From contig CAVFKS010000002.1 of the NCBI GenBank assembly GCA_963623015.1, positions 7 to 64,006 of the forward strand: DNA of 64,000 bases. Reading direction: 5' to 3'. The notes beneath the pieces are model-generated. The model searched no databases and was not told where the DNA came from. It saw only the letters and a list, made by a program, of their open reading frames with translations. The stretch comes from Clostridia bacterium (GTDB taxonomy: Bacteria > Actinomycetota > Actinomycetes > Mycobacteriales > Mycobacteriaceae). A program made the translations under genes and the position numbers. Positions 38,903-48,431 of the stretch are shown piece by piece; position 1 is the first letter of the stretch, and each line of letters opens with the position of its first letter.

Positions 38903-38950
38903 TTAGCTTAGCATAGCCTATGCAAGCAATATTAGGGTTGTGTACCCTAA
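38903..38950. promoter_or_regulatory. Two DtxR boxes upstream of htaA
   Basis: TTAGCTTAGCATAGCCTAT (38903-38921) and TTAGGGTTGTGTACCCTAA (38932-38950). Confidence 0.8.
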
Positions 38951-39028
38951 GTCCAGTTTGTATACCCTAACTCCGACTGCAGCACTTCGTCTCCTGCAGG
39001 TTCTCGATCTCTTATGAGGAGGAATCCC

Positions 39029-40921
39029 ATGAGTCTCCGTTCCTTTAGCAGCAAGCTGGGCCGGGTGATGGCGGCCGCCGCCCTCGCCGCCCTCCCCCTG
39101 GTAGCCGTCGCCTCGCCCGCGGCCACCCCGCGGGCTGCAGCCGCCGAAAACTGTGCCTGGGACTGGGGCGTGAAGCAGTCTTATCGCAGCTACATCCGCG
39201 GCCCCGTGGCCAAGGGCAAATGGACCCTGGACAGCGTTGGGTTCAACGGCAGCGAGACCGGCACGGACGGCGCGTTCCGCTTTACCCCGGGCAAGGCCGC
39301 GGTGGAAGGGGATACCGTGACCATCCCATTTGGCGGTACGGTGCACTTTACCGGCCACAACTACGGCGGCCCGGACCTGCTGGACATGACCATCTCCGAC
39401 TGGAAGGTCCAGGCCTCCGGCAACCGGGCGGCCATCGTGGTGGACTACGTCTCCTATGAGTCGGACATGCAGGACAAGACCGAGCGCGGCGAAAAGATCA
39501 CGGGTGACAACGTGGTCATCGCCGGCATCGATCTCAGCCGCGCGGTCGATGCCGGGGCGGGGACCGTGGATCTGTCCGGCCCGGTCACCCTCACCGACGC
39601 CGGCCACCAGCTGTTTTTGGCTTATGACGCCGGCACGCAGATGGACCCCTCCCGCGGAACCGTTAAGACCGACGGCAGCTGCGGCGGCGGCTCGAACTCT
39701 GGTTCCGGTTCCGGGACTAAGCAGCTCAAGCAGATCACCGGCGAGTTCAGCGGCTACAACAAGGAGGCCATGGGCATCCTGAAAGAAACCAACGACACCC
39801 TCAACGGCGTGACCACCTTCATGGGTAACACCGAGGCTTTCCTGGACCAGCTGGACTCCTTCCGCGACCGCACCGGCACCGGCACCAAGTCCGGCTCGGC
39901 GTCCGGCACGACCTCGGGATCCGGTACTAGCGCTGGGTCTACGTCCGGCTCGACGTCGGGGTCTACCTCGGGAGCTAACTCTGGCTCGGGGTCCGGGGCC
40001 AATTCCGGATCGAATTCCGGCTCCAATGGTGGCTCTACCGCGGGTGCGGCCTCCGGCGGGGGCACCAACTCTGGTGCTGCGGGCGGTACTGCCCGCGCCG
40101 CTGCGGGTGGCGACGAAAAGTGTGAGGCCACCGGCGTGCAGTCGGCATCGGCAGCCTGGGGGATCAAGAAATCCTTCCAGTCTTATATCACCGGCTCCAT
40201 TGCCAAGGGCAAGTGGACCTTAGACGGCATGGGCTATGAGGGCGGCCAGTTCCGCTTCACCGGCGCCGGCGGCGACGTCGACCCGGCCGCGGGCGCCGGC
40301 TCCCTGCGCTATGGCGGCTCGGTGCACTTTACCGGCCACAACGGCGTGCTCGACCTGAATATTTCGGATGTGGAGATCCGCTTCGGCGGCGGTGGCGGCG
40401 CGCTATACGCCACGGTGCGCTCCTCCGACATGGAGGGCAACCGCCACGACTTCGGCCACACCCAGATTGCCGACCTGCGCTTCAACCAGCTCGACGTCAG
40501 CGATTCCCGCGTGGCCGGGTCCGCCCAAGTATTCCTGTCCGGCACCGGCGCGCAGGCCTTTGCGAGCTTCTACGATGCCGGCATCGAGCTCGACCCGCTG
40601 ACCTTCGAGGCCGCCCTGGGCGGTGCGGGCGACTGCGGTGGCGTCGGCGGGGCATCGGCAGGCTCAGCCGGCGGGGCGGGGGCTTCCGGCTCGGGCTCCG
40701 GGGCATCGGCAGGCTCAGCCGGGGCAGAAGGCGCCGGTTCGGACACCTCGACCACCGGGTATGAAAGCGGCGCGGACAAGTTCAAGATTCACTCGGCCGC
40801 GGCCAGCGGCCCGGGCGGCGGGCTGGGCGAGGATGCCACCACCTGGCTGCTGCTCATCGTGGGCGGGCTCATCGTCGCCGGCGGCTCCCTGGGCCGCGTC
40901 GTCATGGGCAACCCGGCCTAA
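39029..40921 (+). CDS. htaA: Surface heme-binding protein with two HtaA (CR) domains
   Basis: Signal peptide; two WG(V/I)K.S(Y/F).SYI...FTGHN...LD domains; Gly/Ser linkers; C-terminal TM. Confidence 0.92.
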   Translation: MSLRSFSSKLGRVMAAAALAALPLVAVASPAATPRAAAAENCAWDWGVKQSYRSYIRGPVAKGKWTLDSVGFNGSETGTDGAFRFTPGKAAVEGDTVTIPFGGTVHFTGHNYGGPDLLDMTISDWKVQASGNRAAIVVDYVSYESDMQDKTERGEKITGDNVVIAGIDLSRAVDAGAGTVDLSGPVTLTDAGHQLFLAYDAGTQMDPSRGTVKTDGSCGGGSNSGSGSGTKQLKQITGEFSGYNKEAMGILKETNDTLNGVTTFMGNTEAFLDQLDSFRDRTGTGTKSGSASGTTSGSGTSAGSTSGSTSGSTSGANSGSGSGANSGSNSGSNGGSTAGAASGGGTNSGAAGGTARAAAGGDEKCEATGVQSASAAWGIKKSFQSYITGSIAKGKWTLDGMGYEGGQFRFTGAGGDVDPAAGAGSLRYGGSVHFTGHNGVLDLNISDVEIRFGGGGGALYATVRSSDMEGNRHDFGHTQIADLRFNQLDVSDSRVAGSAQVFLSGTGAQAFASFYDAGIELDPLTFEAALGGAGDCGGVGGASAGSAGGAGASGSGSGASAGSAGAEGAGSDTSTTGYESGADKFKIHSAAASGPGGGLGEDATTWLLLIVGGLIVAGGSLGRVVMGNPA

Positions 40922-40981
40922 GGCCCGGGCGAGGCAGCCGAGGCGAAAAAGTAGGACACACGAGCGTAGGAGAACAGTGAG

Positions 40982-42052
40982 ATGAAGAGGATAGCCCAGG
41001 GCTTGGCCGCGATTGTGTGCGCGCTGAGCATTGCCAGCTGCGGGGTGCAAGGCGCCTATGACGCCGGCAACTCCAACGAGCAGCTGCAGGAGGAACTCGC
41101 CCACGCCGACGCGGGCGATCCGCGCGGGTTTACTGGGGTCAGCCACGTCGACGACTTCGACGAGGTCGTGCCGGTGGCGCAAGACCCGCAGCCCCAGCTG
41201 CCGGTCACGCTCACCGACGCCGACGGCTACGACGTCAGCGTGGACACGGTTGACCGCATCCTGGCGCTCGACATCTACGGCACCTACACCAAGAGCCTGG
41301 AAGGCCTGGGGCTGACCGACAACATCGTCGGCCGCACGGTCTCCTCGACGGAAAAGGTCTTGGCCGACCGCCCCGTGGTCACCCAGGGCGGCCACAACAT
41401 CAACGTCGAGGCCGTGCTGGAGTTGCGTCCCGACCTGGTCATCGTTGACCACTCCATCGGCCCGCGCGATGCCATCGATCAGATCCGCGCCGCCGGCGTG
41501 ACCACCGTGGTCATGGAGCCCAAGCGCACCATCGACGCGGTGGCCGAGGACATCACCACGCTGGCCGCCGTGGTGGGCCTGCCCGCCGAAGGCGAGAAAC
41601 TCGCGGAGCGCTCCACCCGCGAGATCGCCGGCGCCAAGGAGACCATCGCGTCCCTGGTACCCGGCGAGCCGATGCGGATGGCTTTCCTCTACGCCCGCGG
41701 CAACGGCGGTGTCTTCTTCGTCATGGGGGAGGGCACCGGCGCCAAGGACCTCATCGAGGGCGTGGGCGGCATCGACTTAGGCACCGAATACAACCTGTCC
41801 TACGCCGAGCCCGCCAACGCCGAGGCGCTGGCCCGGATCAACCCGGAGATCATCGTCATGATGACCGACGGCCTGGAGTCCACCGGCGGCATCGACGGGC
41901 TCATGCAGCGGCCCGGCGTGGCCCAGACCACGGCGGGGCAGAAGCAGCGCATCATCACCATCCCGGACGGGCAGTCGCTGGCCTTTGGCCCGCTGACCGG
42001 CCAGACCCTCTTGCGACTAGCGCAGGCCATCTATGACCCAGACAATGCTTAA
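40982..42052 (+). CDS. hmuT: Heme ABC transporter substrate-binding lipoprotein
   Basis: Lipobox IASC; TQGGHNINVE and FLYARG heme-ligand motifs. Confidence 0.93.
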   Translation: MKRIAQGLAAIVCALSIASCGVQGAYDAGNSNEQLQEELAHADAGDPRGFTGVSHVDDFDEVVPVAQDPQPQLPVTLTDADGYDVSVDTVDRILALDIYGTYTKSLEGLGLTDNIVGRTVSSTEKVLADRPVVTQGGHNINVEAVLELRPDLVIVDHSIGPRDAIDQIRAAGVTTVVMEPKRTIDAVAEDITTLAAVVGLPAEGEKLAERSTREIAGAKETIASLVPGEPMRMAFLYARGNGGVFFVMGEGTGAKDLIEGVGGIDLGTEYNLSYAEPANAEALARINPEIIVMMTDGLESTGGIDGLMQRPGVAQTTAGQKQRIITIPDGQSLAFGPLTGQTLLRLAQAIYDPDNA

Positions 42053-43112
42053 AGCCTCCGCCGCCCCCGGCGCCCGCAGCGCCCGCGATGTCTTCGCGCG
42101 CCGCCGGGCCCTGCGCGTGGGCGTATTTACGGCCCTGCTCATCCTCCTCGTCTTTGCCTCGCTGCTATCGCTGGCGCTGGGCCAGTACTACGTCGGCCTA
42201 GCCGACCTGGTGCGCATCCTGGTGGCCGGGCCCGGCCAGGCGGAGCTGGCCGCCAACGTGGTCTGGCAGATCCGCCTGCCCCGTATCCTGCTCGGCTTCG
42301 TCGTCGGCGCTTGCCTGGGCGTGGCCGGCACCCTGATGCAGGCGGTCTTCGCCAACCCGCTGGCCGAGCCCTCCGTCATCGGCGTGACCTCGGGTGCGGG
42401 CGTGGGCGCGGCCGTGGCCATCGTGTTCAACCTGAGCTTCCTGGGCACCTTCACCGTGCCCTTCGCCGCCTTCCTCACCGCGGTGGCGGTCACGGTGGTC
42501 ATCTACCAGCTCGCCCGATCCCGGGGGCAGGTGGCCGTGGTCAACCTGATTCTGACCGGCATCGCCATAAACGCGGTGTGCACCGCCATCATCTCCTTTA
42601 TGACCTACCTGGCGCCCACCGCCAACCGGGAGCAGATCATCTTCTGGCAGATGGGCTCCCTCAACGGCTCCCAGTGGAAGCACGTGTGGGTAGTCGCCCC
42701 CATCGCGGTCGTCGGCATCGCCGTGGCCCTGCGGCTCGGCGCTAGCCTCGACGTACTCGCGCTGGGGGATAGGGCCGCCGGCCACACCGGCGTCAACGTC
42801 GCCCGCCTGCGCATCCTGGCGATTGCGGCATCCGTGGTGCTAACGGCTGCGGCCGTGGCGTTTGCCGGCCTCATCGGCTTTGTGGGCCTAATCGTCCCCC
42901 ACCTGCTGCGCACGCTCGTCGGACCCGAAAACCAGGTGCTGCTACCGGCCTCGGCGCTGGCGGGCGGGGTGCTCATCGCGCTGGCCGATGTCGCCGCGCG
43001 CACGCTCATCCCCTTCGCGGACCTGCCCATTGGCATCTTCACCGCGCTAGTGGGCGGGCCGACCTTCTTCATCCTTCTGCGCCGCATGATGCGAAAGGGG
43101 CTGCACGCATGA
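42033..43112 (+). CDS. hmuU: Heme ABC transporter permease
   Basis: IRLPRI, NPLAEPSVIGVTSGA, IGFVGLIVPH. Confidence 0.93.
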   Translation: MTQTMLKASAAPGARSARDVFARRRALRVGVFTALLILLVFASLLSLALGQYYVGLADLVRILVAGPGQAELAANVVWQIRLPRILLGFVVGACLGVAGTLMQAVFANPLAEPSVIGVTSGAGVGAAVAIVFNLSFLGTFTVPFAAFLTAVAVTVVIYQLARSRGQVAVVNLILTGIAINAVCTAIISFMTYLAPTANREQIIFWQMGSLNGSQWKHVWVVAPIAVVGIAVALRLGASLDVLALGDRAAGHTGVNVARLRILAIAASVVLTAAAVAFAGLIGFVGLIVPHLLRTLVGPENQVLLPASALAGGVLIALADVAARTLIPFADLPIGIFTALVGGPTFFILLRRMMRKGLHA

Positions 43113-43939
43113 TCGATGCGACACCGACCATCGACATCCAGGGCCTAGAGGTCAGCCTCGGCGGGACCAAGCTGCTGCGCGATGTGAGCTTTAGTGCCGC
43201 GCCGGGCCAGGTCACCGGGCTAATCGGGCACAATGGCGCGGGCAAATCCACGCTGCTGGCCGCCGCGGCCGGGGATCTTCCGCGCGCCGCCGGCACGGTC
43301 ACCATCGCCGGCCATGACCCGGCTAACACCAGCCCGCTGGCGATGGCGCGTCTGCGCGCGGTCATGCTCCAGGACGTCACCGTCTCCTTCCAATTTCTGG
43401 TGCGCGACGTCGTGGCTTTTGGCCGGCGGCCCTGGGCCGGCACGGCGCGCGAGGAGCTTGACGATGCCATCGTGGATGCGGCCCTGGCCGCCGCCGACGT
43501 GGCCCACCTGGCCGGGCGCGATATCGCCACGCTCTCCGGCGGGGAGCGCGCCCGCGTGGCCTTGGCCCGCGTGATTGCGCAGCAGACCCCGGCGATGTTC
43601 CTCGACGAGCCCACCGCGGCCCTCGACATCCGCCACCAGGAGGTGGTTCTGCGCTTGGTGCGCACCATCGCCCGGGAGGCGAACGTGGCCGTCGTGGTGG
43701 TCCTCCACGATCTCAACGCGGCCGCCGCCTACTGCGACCACATCGTGTGCCTCTCCGGCGGAACCGTGGCCGCCGCCGGCCCGGTGCCCGCGGTCTACAC
43801 GGAGGAGATCCTCTCCGACGTCTACGACTGGCCCGTCTCCGTCGCCCGCACCGATGGCGCCATCACCGTCCACCCGGCCCGCCGCCCCGACTCGGCCGCG
43901 GCCACCGGCTTCATCGACCTCATCCGCACCCACCCCTAG
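43109..43939 (+). CDS. hmuV: Heme ABC transporter ATPase
   Basis: GHNGAGKS, LSGGERARVALARV, LDEPT, LHDLN. Confidence 0.93.
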   Translation: MIDATPTIDIQGLEVSLGGTKLLRDVSFSAAPGQVTGLIGHNGAGKSTLLAAAAGDLPRAAGTVTIAGHDPANTSPLAMARLRAVMLQDVTVSFQFLVRDVVAFGRRPWAGTAREELDDAIVDAALAAADVAHLAGRDIATLSGGERARVALARVIAQQTPAMFLDEPTAALDIRHQEVVLRLVRTIAREANVAVVVVLHDLNAAAAYCDHIVCLSGGTVAAAGPVPAVYTEEILSDVYDWPVSVARTDGAITVHPARRPDSAAATGFIDLIRTHP

Positions 43940-43991
43940 GCCAGCCCTCGGCCTCAATCCCTACCAACACCACAACACCAAGGAGTCCTTC

Positions 43992-44318
43992 ATGAACACC
44001 TTCACTCGCCGCGCCACCGCCGTCACCGTCGCCCTGTCGCTGACCACCGCCGCAGTCCCTGCCACCACGGCCGCGCCTGCCCCCGCTGTCCTCGCAGCCG
44101 GAGCCGACACCGCGCAGCCCGCCGATCACGAGCAGCCCGCCGATCAGTCGACCGGGCAGCCGGCCGAGCAGCCTGCCGAGGAGGGCTCGTCGTTTGCGAA
44201 GAGCTGGAATATTGTGCTCGCGGTATTCACCCTGACCTCGCTGTTTAGCGTTATCGGTGCGACCATCTATTCCTCCGGCGCGCTCGACGGCCTCCTGGGC
44301 CACCTGCCGCGGGGGTAA
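43992..44318 (+). CDS. Small exported protein: signal peptide, QPA(D/E) repeats, GSS plus hydrophobic anchor
   Basis: AAGGAG RBS, MNTFTRRATAV... signal peptide, 108 aa. Confidence 0.7.
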   Translation: MNTFTRRATAVTVALSLTTAAVPATTAAPAPAVLAAGADTAQPADHEQPADQSTGQPAEQPAEEGSSFAKSWNIVLAVFTLTSLFSVIGATIYSSGALDGLLGHLPRG

Positions 44319-44336
44319 CTTCACGCCCCACCCTTG

Positions 44337-44375
44337 AAAGGTAAGGTAAACCTTTTTAAGGTTATGGTTGCCTAT
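44337..44375. promoter_or_regulatory. Tandem DtxR boxes
   Basis: AAAGGTAAGGTAAACCTTT (44337-44355) and TAAGGTTATGGTTGCCTAT (44357-44375). Confidence 0.8.
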
Positions 44376-44462
44376 CTTAACTGGGGTCGGGCGCTGCGCC
44401 CGGATTCCGTCTCTAAACGATTGGCACTTCCTCGGCTTAACCCTTCTCAAGGAGAAAATCAC

Positions 44463-45458
44463 ATGAAGACTCGCTCTACCGCCGGACTGGCCTTCGGCGT
44501 TTCCCTGGCCCTGGCCGGCAGCCTCGCGGTAGTCCCCGCGGTCTCCGCGGAGCCCACCGAGCCCGCTGAGCCGCAGACCTGCAAGAACCCGGGGGTGGAA
44601 ATCGTCTCCGGTACCGTCGACTGGGGCGTGAAGACCTCCTGGCGCTCCTACATCACGGGGAATATCGCTAAGGGCCAGTGGACGATTGGCGGCGCGGTGA
44701 AGGAAGGCCCGCAGGCCAAGAATGCCAAGGACTTCCAGTTCCTCTTCGAGGTCGACCCGGCCAAGTCGAACATTAAGGTCGACAAGGACGGCAACGTCAC
44801 CGAGGCCAAGATTCAGACCAAGGATTCCTCCATCGAGTTCGAGGGTCACAAGGGCGCGTTGTACTCCAAGATGCAGTCCCCGTACTTTGAGATTCAGGGC
44901 AACACCGTCCGCCCGGGCGTGACGTACGTGGCCTACTACGTCGAGGGCAAGGGCATGACGGAGTACACCCCGGCAGACCGCATCGAGGCCAACAAGGTCA
45001 CCGGCACCGACACCTTCGGCCAGGGCGCGGTGGAGGCCGTGACCGAGGGCGACATCATCCACCTGGAGACCCAGGGGATGAAGTACAAGCAGAAGCCGGG
45101 CACCAACTACGATCCGGAGACCAAGAAGCAGACCGTCGAGGGCATTGACCGCCTGTTCCTGGGAACCTACAACGAGAACTACCAGCCAGAGCTGGACGAT
45201 GCCTCCATCGCCCTCAAGACCCGCCAGGTGTGCAACGACGCTGCTACTCCGTCCGAGAAGCCCTCCAAGCCGTCCGAGTCCTCCAAGCCTTCTCAGCCTT
45301 CCAAGCCGGGTAAGGACCCCAATGGTTCTTCGCAGGGTAGCTTCGGCCCGATGGCCTGGATCATCCCGTTGGTGTCCGCCCTGCTCGCCCTGGGTGGCGG
45401 GTTTGCATGGCTGGCTCAGAACTTCAACATTCTGGGCAAGCTGGGTATCAAGTTCTAA
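44463..45458 (+). CDS. Single HtaA-domain surface heme-binding protein (HtaB/HtaC-like)
   Basis: Signal peptide; WGVKTSWRSYI, FEGHKGAL, FLGTY; PSK linker; GSS plus TM. Confidence 0.88.
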   Translation: MKTRSTAGLAFGVSLALAGSLAVVPAVSAEPTEPAEPQTCKNPGVEIVSGTVDWGVKTSWRSYITGNIAKGQWTIGGAVKEGPQAKNAKDFQFLFEVDPAKSNIKVDKDGNVTEAKIQTKDSSIEFEGHKGALYSKMQSPYFEIQGNTVRPGVTYVAYYVEGKGMTEYTPADRIEANKVTGTDTFGQGAVEAVTEGDIIHLETQGMKYKQKPGTNYDPETKKQTVEGIDRLFLGTYNENYQPELDDASIALKTRQVCNDAATPSEKPSKPSESSKPSQPSKPGKDPNGSSQGSFGPMAWIIPLVSALLALGGGFAWLAQNFNILGKLGIKF

Positions 45459-45572
45459 GTCTGGATAACTAGTCGCATAAATCCAGGGCCATAAGGCAAC
45501 CTCACGGCAGCTCTAGCGTTTGCTAGGGCTGCTTTGGGTTTTGGTACGGGCGGCAACCGGGACGCTGTGTGA

Positions 45573-46718
45573 TTAGGTGAGCTGTTTGAGCACCGTGCGC
45601 ACGATGGCGCGGACTCTTTTGTCCATGGGCATGTCCATGTGCAGGACTACGGCCCGGCTGTCGAAGTCCTGGACGTAGATGTTGCGCACGGTGCCATCGG
45701 GGGCATCGCCAGGCGAGAGGAAACAGGTCTCCGGGGGTACGACGATGGTGTCCTGCTTGGTGGCGATGCACGTATAGCTCACGCCCGGGACGATGTCCCC
45801 GCCGTGGTTGAGGCGCTCGATAATCTTGCTGCCCACTATCTGCTCCAGGCCGGCCTGTCCGAAATAGGAGTCGATGATCGACTGCATCACGTGCTCCTGC
45901 CGGCGGGTGCTCACCAGCGGACTGATGATGCCGCCCTGCGTGGTGCCGTGGTTCGGCGCACCTAGGCAGATGACGTGGCGAACCCGCGCCGGGTCCTGCT
46001 TGGCCACCGCGCGCGCTACCAGCCCGCCCTGCGAGTGGCCCACCAAAACCGCCTGCTCCGCGCCTAGGGCGCCCAGCACCGCCGCGACGTAGGCAGTCAC
46101 CTGATCTACAGAGTCGGGGATATGCCCGGTGGCGCGCAGGCCATAGTCCGGGGCGAAGACCGCCCAGCCATCGGCACGTAGCTCCTGGCCAAGCAGCTGC
46201 CAGGCGCCCTTGGAATCCGTGGTGCCGTGAATGAGGATCACCGGCCAGGGGTGGTCCTTGTCGGTGCGCGCGGTCCAGTCATCCTCGAAGACCCCGCGGC
46301 TCTTGAGCCGGGCGCCTAGCGGCAGCGGCGCGGTGGCTTCCGCCTCCGCGGGGTCCTGGCGGTGGTAGACCAAATCCGAAAAACTGCGGCGATCCCCGTG
46401 GAGCATCTCCGTGATCTCGTCGGCGACCTCCTCGCGTAGGGCGTTCGCCGCCGGCGGGGACGCCACCCCGAAGCGCGCCGAGTTCTGCGGGGCCTTCGCG
46501 GGGGCGGGATCTGTAGCCGGGGCATCGCCGGCGTTGGCGTCGTAGTCGGTGGTGTGGTCGGCGTCGTGGTCGGTGGTGTGGTCGGTGGTGCTTGCGGCAT
46601 CGACGGCGCCGTCTGTGTCGTCGTAGGCGACCACGGGGCGCTCGGGGTCGGGGCGCCAGAACTTCCCGAGAGCTTCGGAGACGAGGGTACGTAACTCGGA
46701 AATCGGATCTTGGGCCAT
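45573..46718 (-). CDS. Alpha/beta hydrolase (lipase class 2-like)
   Basis: PVILIHGT, GHSQGG nucleophile, GAPNHGT, D...VPP. Confidence 0.88.
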   Translation of the reverse strand: MAQDPISELRTLVSEALGKFWRPDPERPVVAYDDTDGAVDAASTTDHTTDHDADHTTDYDANAGDAPATDPAPAKAPQNSARFGVASPPAANALREEVADEITEMLHGDRRSFSDLVYHRQDPAEAEATAPLPLGARLKSRGVFEDDWTARTDKDHPWPVILIHGTTDSKGAWQLLGQELRADGWAVFAPDYGLRATGHIPDSVDQVTAYVAAVLGALGAEQAVLVGHSQGGLVARAVAKQDPARVRHVICLGAPNHGTTQGGIISPLVSTRRQEHVMQSIIDSYFGQAGLEQIVGSKIIERLNHGGDIVPGVSYTCIATKQDTIVVPPETCFLSPGDAPDGTVRNIYVQDFDSRAVVLHMDMPMDKRVRAIVRTVLKQLT

Positions 46719-46871
46719 GACCCGATACTAGCCATGGGGTGAAGCTTTGGGGTCGGGCCGGCAGCCGGGCTGGTGGGGCTGGCAGCTGCGCGGGCAGATG
46801 AGCTGCGTGAGTGAGGTGTGGCAGCCAGTAGAGGCTCATGCGCGGGCGCGAAAAACTTTTTTGGAAAGCCC

Positions 46872-46913
46872 TTGACTATCCTCCGAAAGGTGCATAAACT
46901 AAGGCTTGCCTAA
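46872..46913 (+). promoter_or_regulatory. SigA-type promoter overlapped by a DtxR box
   Basis: TTGACT(46872)-17 bp-TAAACT(46895); TAAACTAAGGCTTGCCTAA (46895-46913) matches TWAGGTWAGSCTWACCTWA at 16/19. Confidence 0.8.
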
Positions 46914-47019
46914 TCACGGGCGGTACTTCACAAAGGTTGCGCTCCACTTCCTGCGTGAGGACCGAAAGATTAGTCATGGGGAGAAGGCCCACCGGTGCGC
47001 AGCCGGTGGGCCTTCGTTA
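46907..47019 (+). ncRNA. Candidate iron (DtxR)-regulated small RNA, ~110 nt
   Basis: Own promoter; nested pairings CTAATC/GATTAG, CGGT/ACCG, CTTCAC/GTGAGG, AGG/CCT around a C/U-rich loop; 13-bp terminator stem; no credible ORF. Confidence 0.7.
46983..47019 (+). terminator. Intrinsic terminator of the candidate sRNA
   Basis: GAAGGCCCACCGG-N7-CCGGTGGGCCTTC perfect stem, then GTTAT (short U tail). Confidence 0.75.
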
Positions 47020-47033
47020 TACAATGGGGCGGC

Positions 47034-48431
47034 ATGAGCGACGCATCTGAAGCAGTGGTTTCCCTCATCGAGCACTATGATTCCGCGTGCCGCAAGGCCC
47101 GGGAAATCCTCGAGTCCGGAAACTTCGAAGACTATGGCCAGGTGACCTATCCCAAGCTCACCGTCGAGGTAAAAACCTGGAACCCCATCGACCGTTCGGA
47201 GCCCTTCGGCTATGTCGACGAGGCCGGGGTCTACTCCGCGGTGATCTCCAAGCCGCACATCATGCGCGATTACCTCGAAGAACAGCTCGAGCGCCTGACG
47301 GCCAACTACGAGTGCCGCATCACCGTCGCCCCCTCCGAGATCCGCATCCCACCCGAGTACATCCGGGGTGCAGCCCAGGTGGGCCAGCAGCGTCCGCCCC
47401 AGGTCCCGCGGCCCACGCTGGACGATGTCCACGACGCCATCATCGACGGCCACTGGGAGGCCTTCCACGATCCGCTCACTGGGGAAAAGCCGCTGTTCCA
47501 CTTCGGCCCGCAGCGCTTTGACATCGCCTGCGCGCGCATCGAGCATTACACCGGCGTCGAGGTGGACACGGTGCAGAAGTACATCCTCTTTACCAACTAC
47601 GCCATGCACACCACGGAGTTCGTCCGCTTCGGCCTGCGCGAGCTGACCCGGGAGGACTCCCGCTACACCGCGCTGGTGCTCCCCAGCGGCGAGATCCTGC
47701 ACCCGAATGACGCGGTCGACCTCGACTTGGACGAGTTAACCCTCGAGTCCCGCTTCCAGATGCCCCGTTTTGACCTGGTCACCGCCGCCGGCGATGGCAT
47801 CACGATGATCAACATCGGAGTCGGCCCCTCTAACGCGAAGACCATCACGGATTGCCTGGCGGTGCTGCGCCCCGAGGCCTGGATCATGATCGGTCACTGC
47901 GCGGGCCTGGACGGGCGCATGCGCATGGGGGATCTGATCCTGGGCAACGCTTATCAGCGCGACGATCACATCCTCAACCACCCCATCCCCGTCGACGTTC
48001 CCATCCCGGCGGTGCCGGAGGTCCAGCGCATGCTGGAGAACTCCGTGCGTGCCGTCTACGGCGAGGACCAAGAGCTCATGCGCACCGGCACGGTGTTATC
48101 CACCGGCGACCGCAACTGGGAGTGGCGCACCCCACGCGAGCTGTGGGAATGGCTGCGTGGTTCCACCGCCGTGGCCGTTGACATGGAATCGTGCATGGTG
48201 GCTGCCAATGGGTACCGCTACCGCGTGCCCTATGGCACCTTGCTGTCGGTCTCCGACCTGCCGCTGCACGCCGTGCCCAAGCTGCCGGCGGCGGCGCAGG
48301 CGTTCTATTCCAACTCCAAGGAAGCCCACGTGATGTGCGCGGTTCGTGCCGTGGAGTCGCTGGCCTCCAACCCGGAGCGCCTGCGCACCCGCAAGCTGCG
48401 GCGCACCATCGGGGAAGTGCCTTTCCGGTGA
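47034..48431 (+). CDS. amn: AMP nucleosidase
   Basis: QKYILFTNY, FQMPRFDL, NIGVGPSNAKTITDCLAVLRP, GHCAGL, DRNWE, DMES, LRTRKLR; own -10 TACAAT at 47020. Confidence 0.95.
   Translation: MSDASEAVVSLIEHYDSACRKAREILESGNFEDYGQVTYPKLTVEVKTWNPIDRSEPFGYVDEAGVYSAVISKPHIMRDYLEEQLERLTANYECRITVAPSEIRIPPEYIRGAAQVGQQRPPQVPRPTLDDVHDAIIDGHWEAFHDPLTGEKPLFHFGPQRFDIACARIEHYTGVEVDTVQKYILFTNYAMHTTEFVRFGLRELTREDSRYTALVLPSGEILHPNDAVDLDLDELTLESRFQMPRFDLVTAAGDGITMINIGVGPSNAKTITDCLAVLRPEAWIMIGHCAGLDGRMRMGDLILGNAYQRDDHILNHPIPVDVPIPAVPEVQRMLENSVRAVYGEDQELMRTGTVLSTGDRNWEWRTPRELWEWLRGSTAVAVDMESCMVAANGYRYRVPYGTLLSVSDLPLHAVPKLPAAAQAFYSNSKEAHVMCAVRAVESLASNPERLRTRKLRRTIGEVPFR

Noticed and set aside
39880..40100. Repetitive GC-rich tract in htaA
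   Set aside because: Encodes an ordinary Gly/Ser/Thr linker between HtaA domains
46976..47050. 24-codon ORF starting inside the candidate sRNA, and the GTG-46995 extension of amn
   Set aside because: No good RBS, both run through the terminator hairpin, and amn has its own -10 just before ATG 47034
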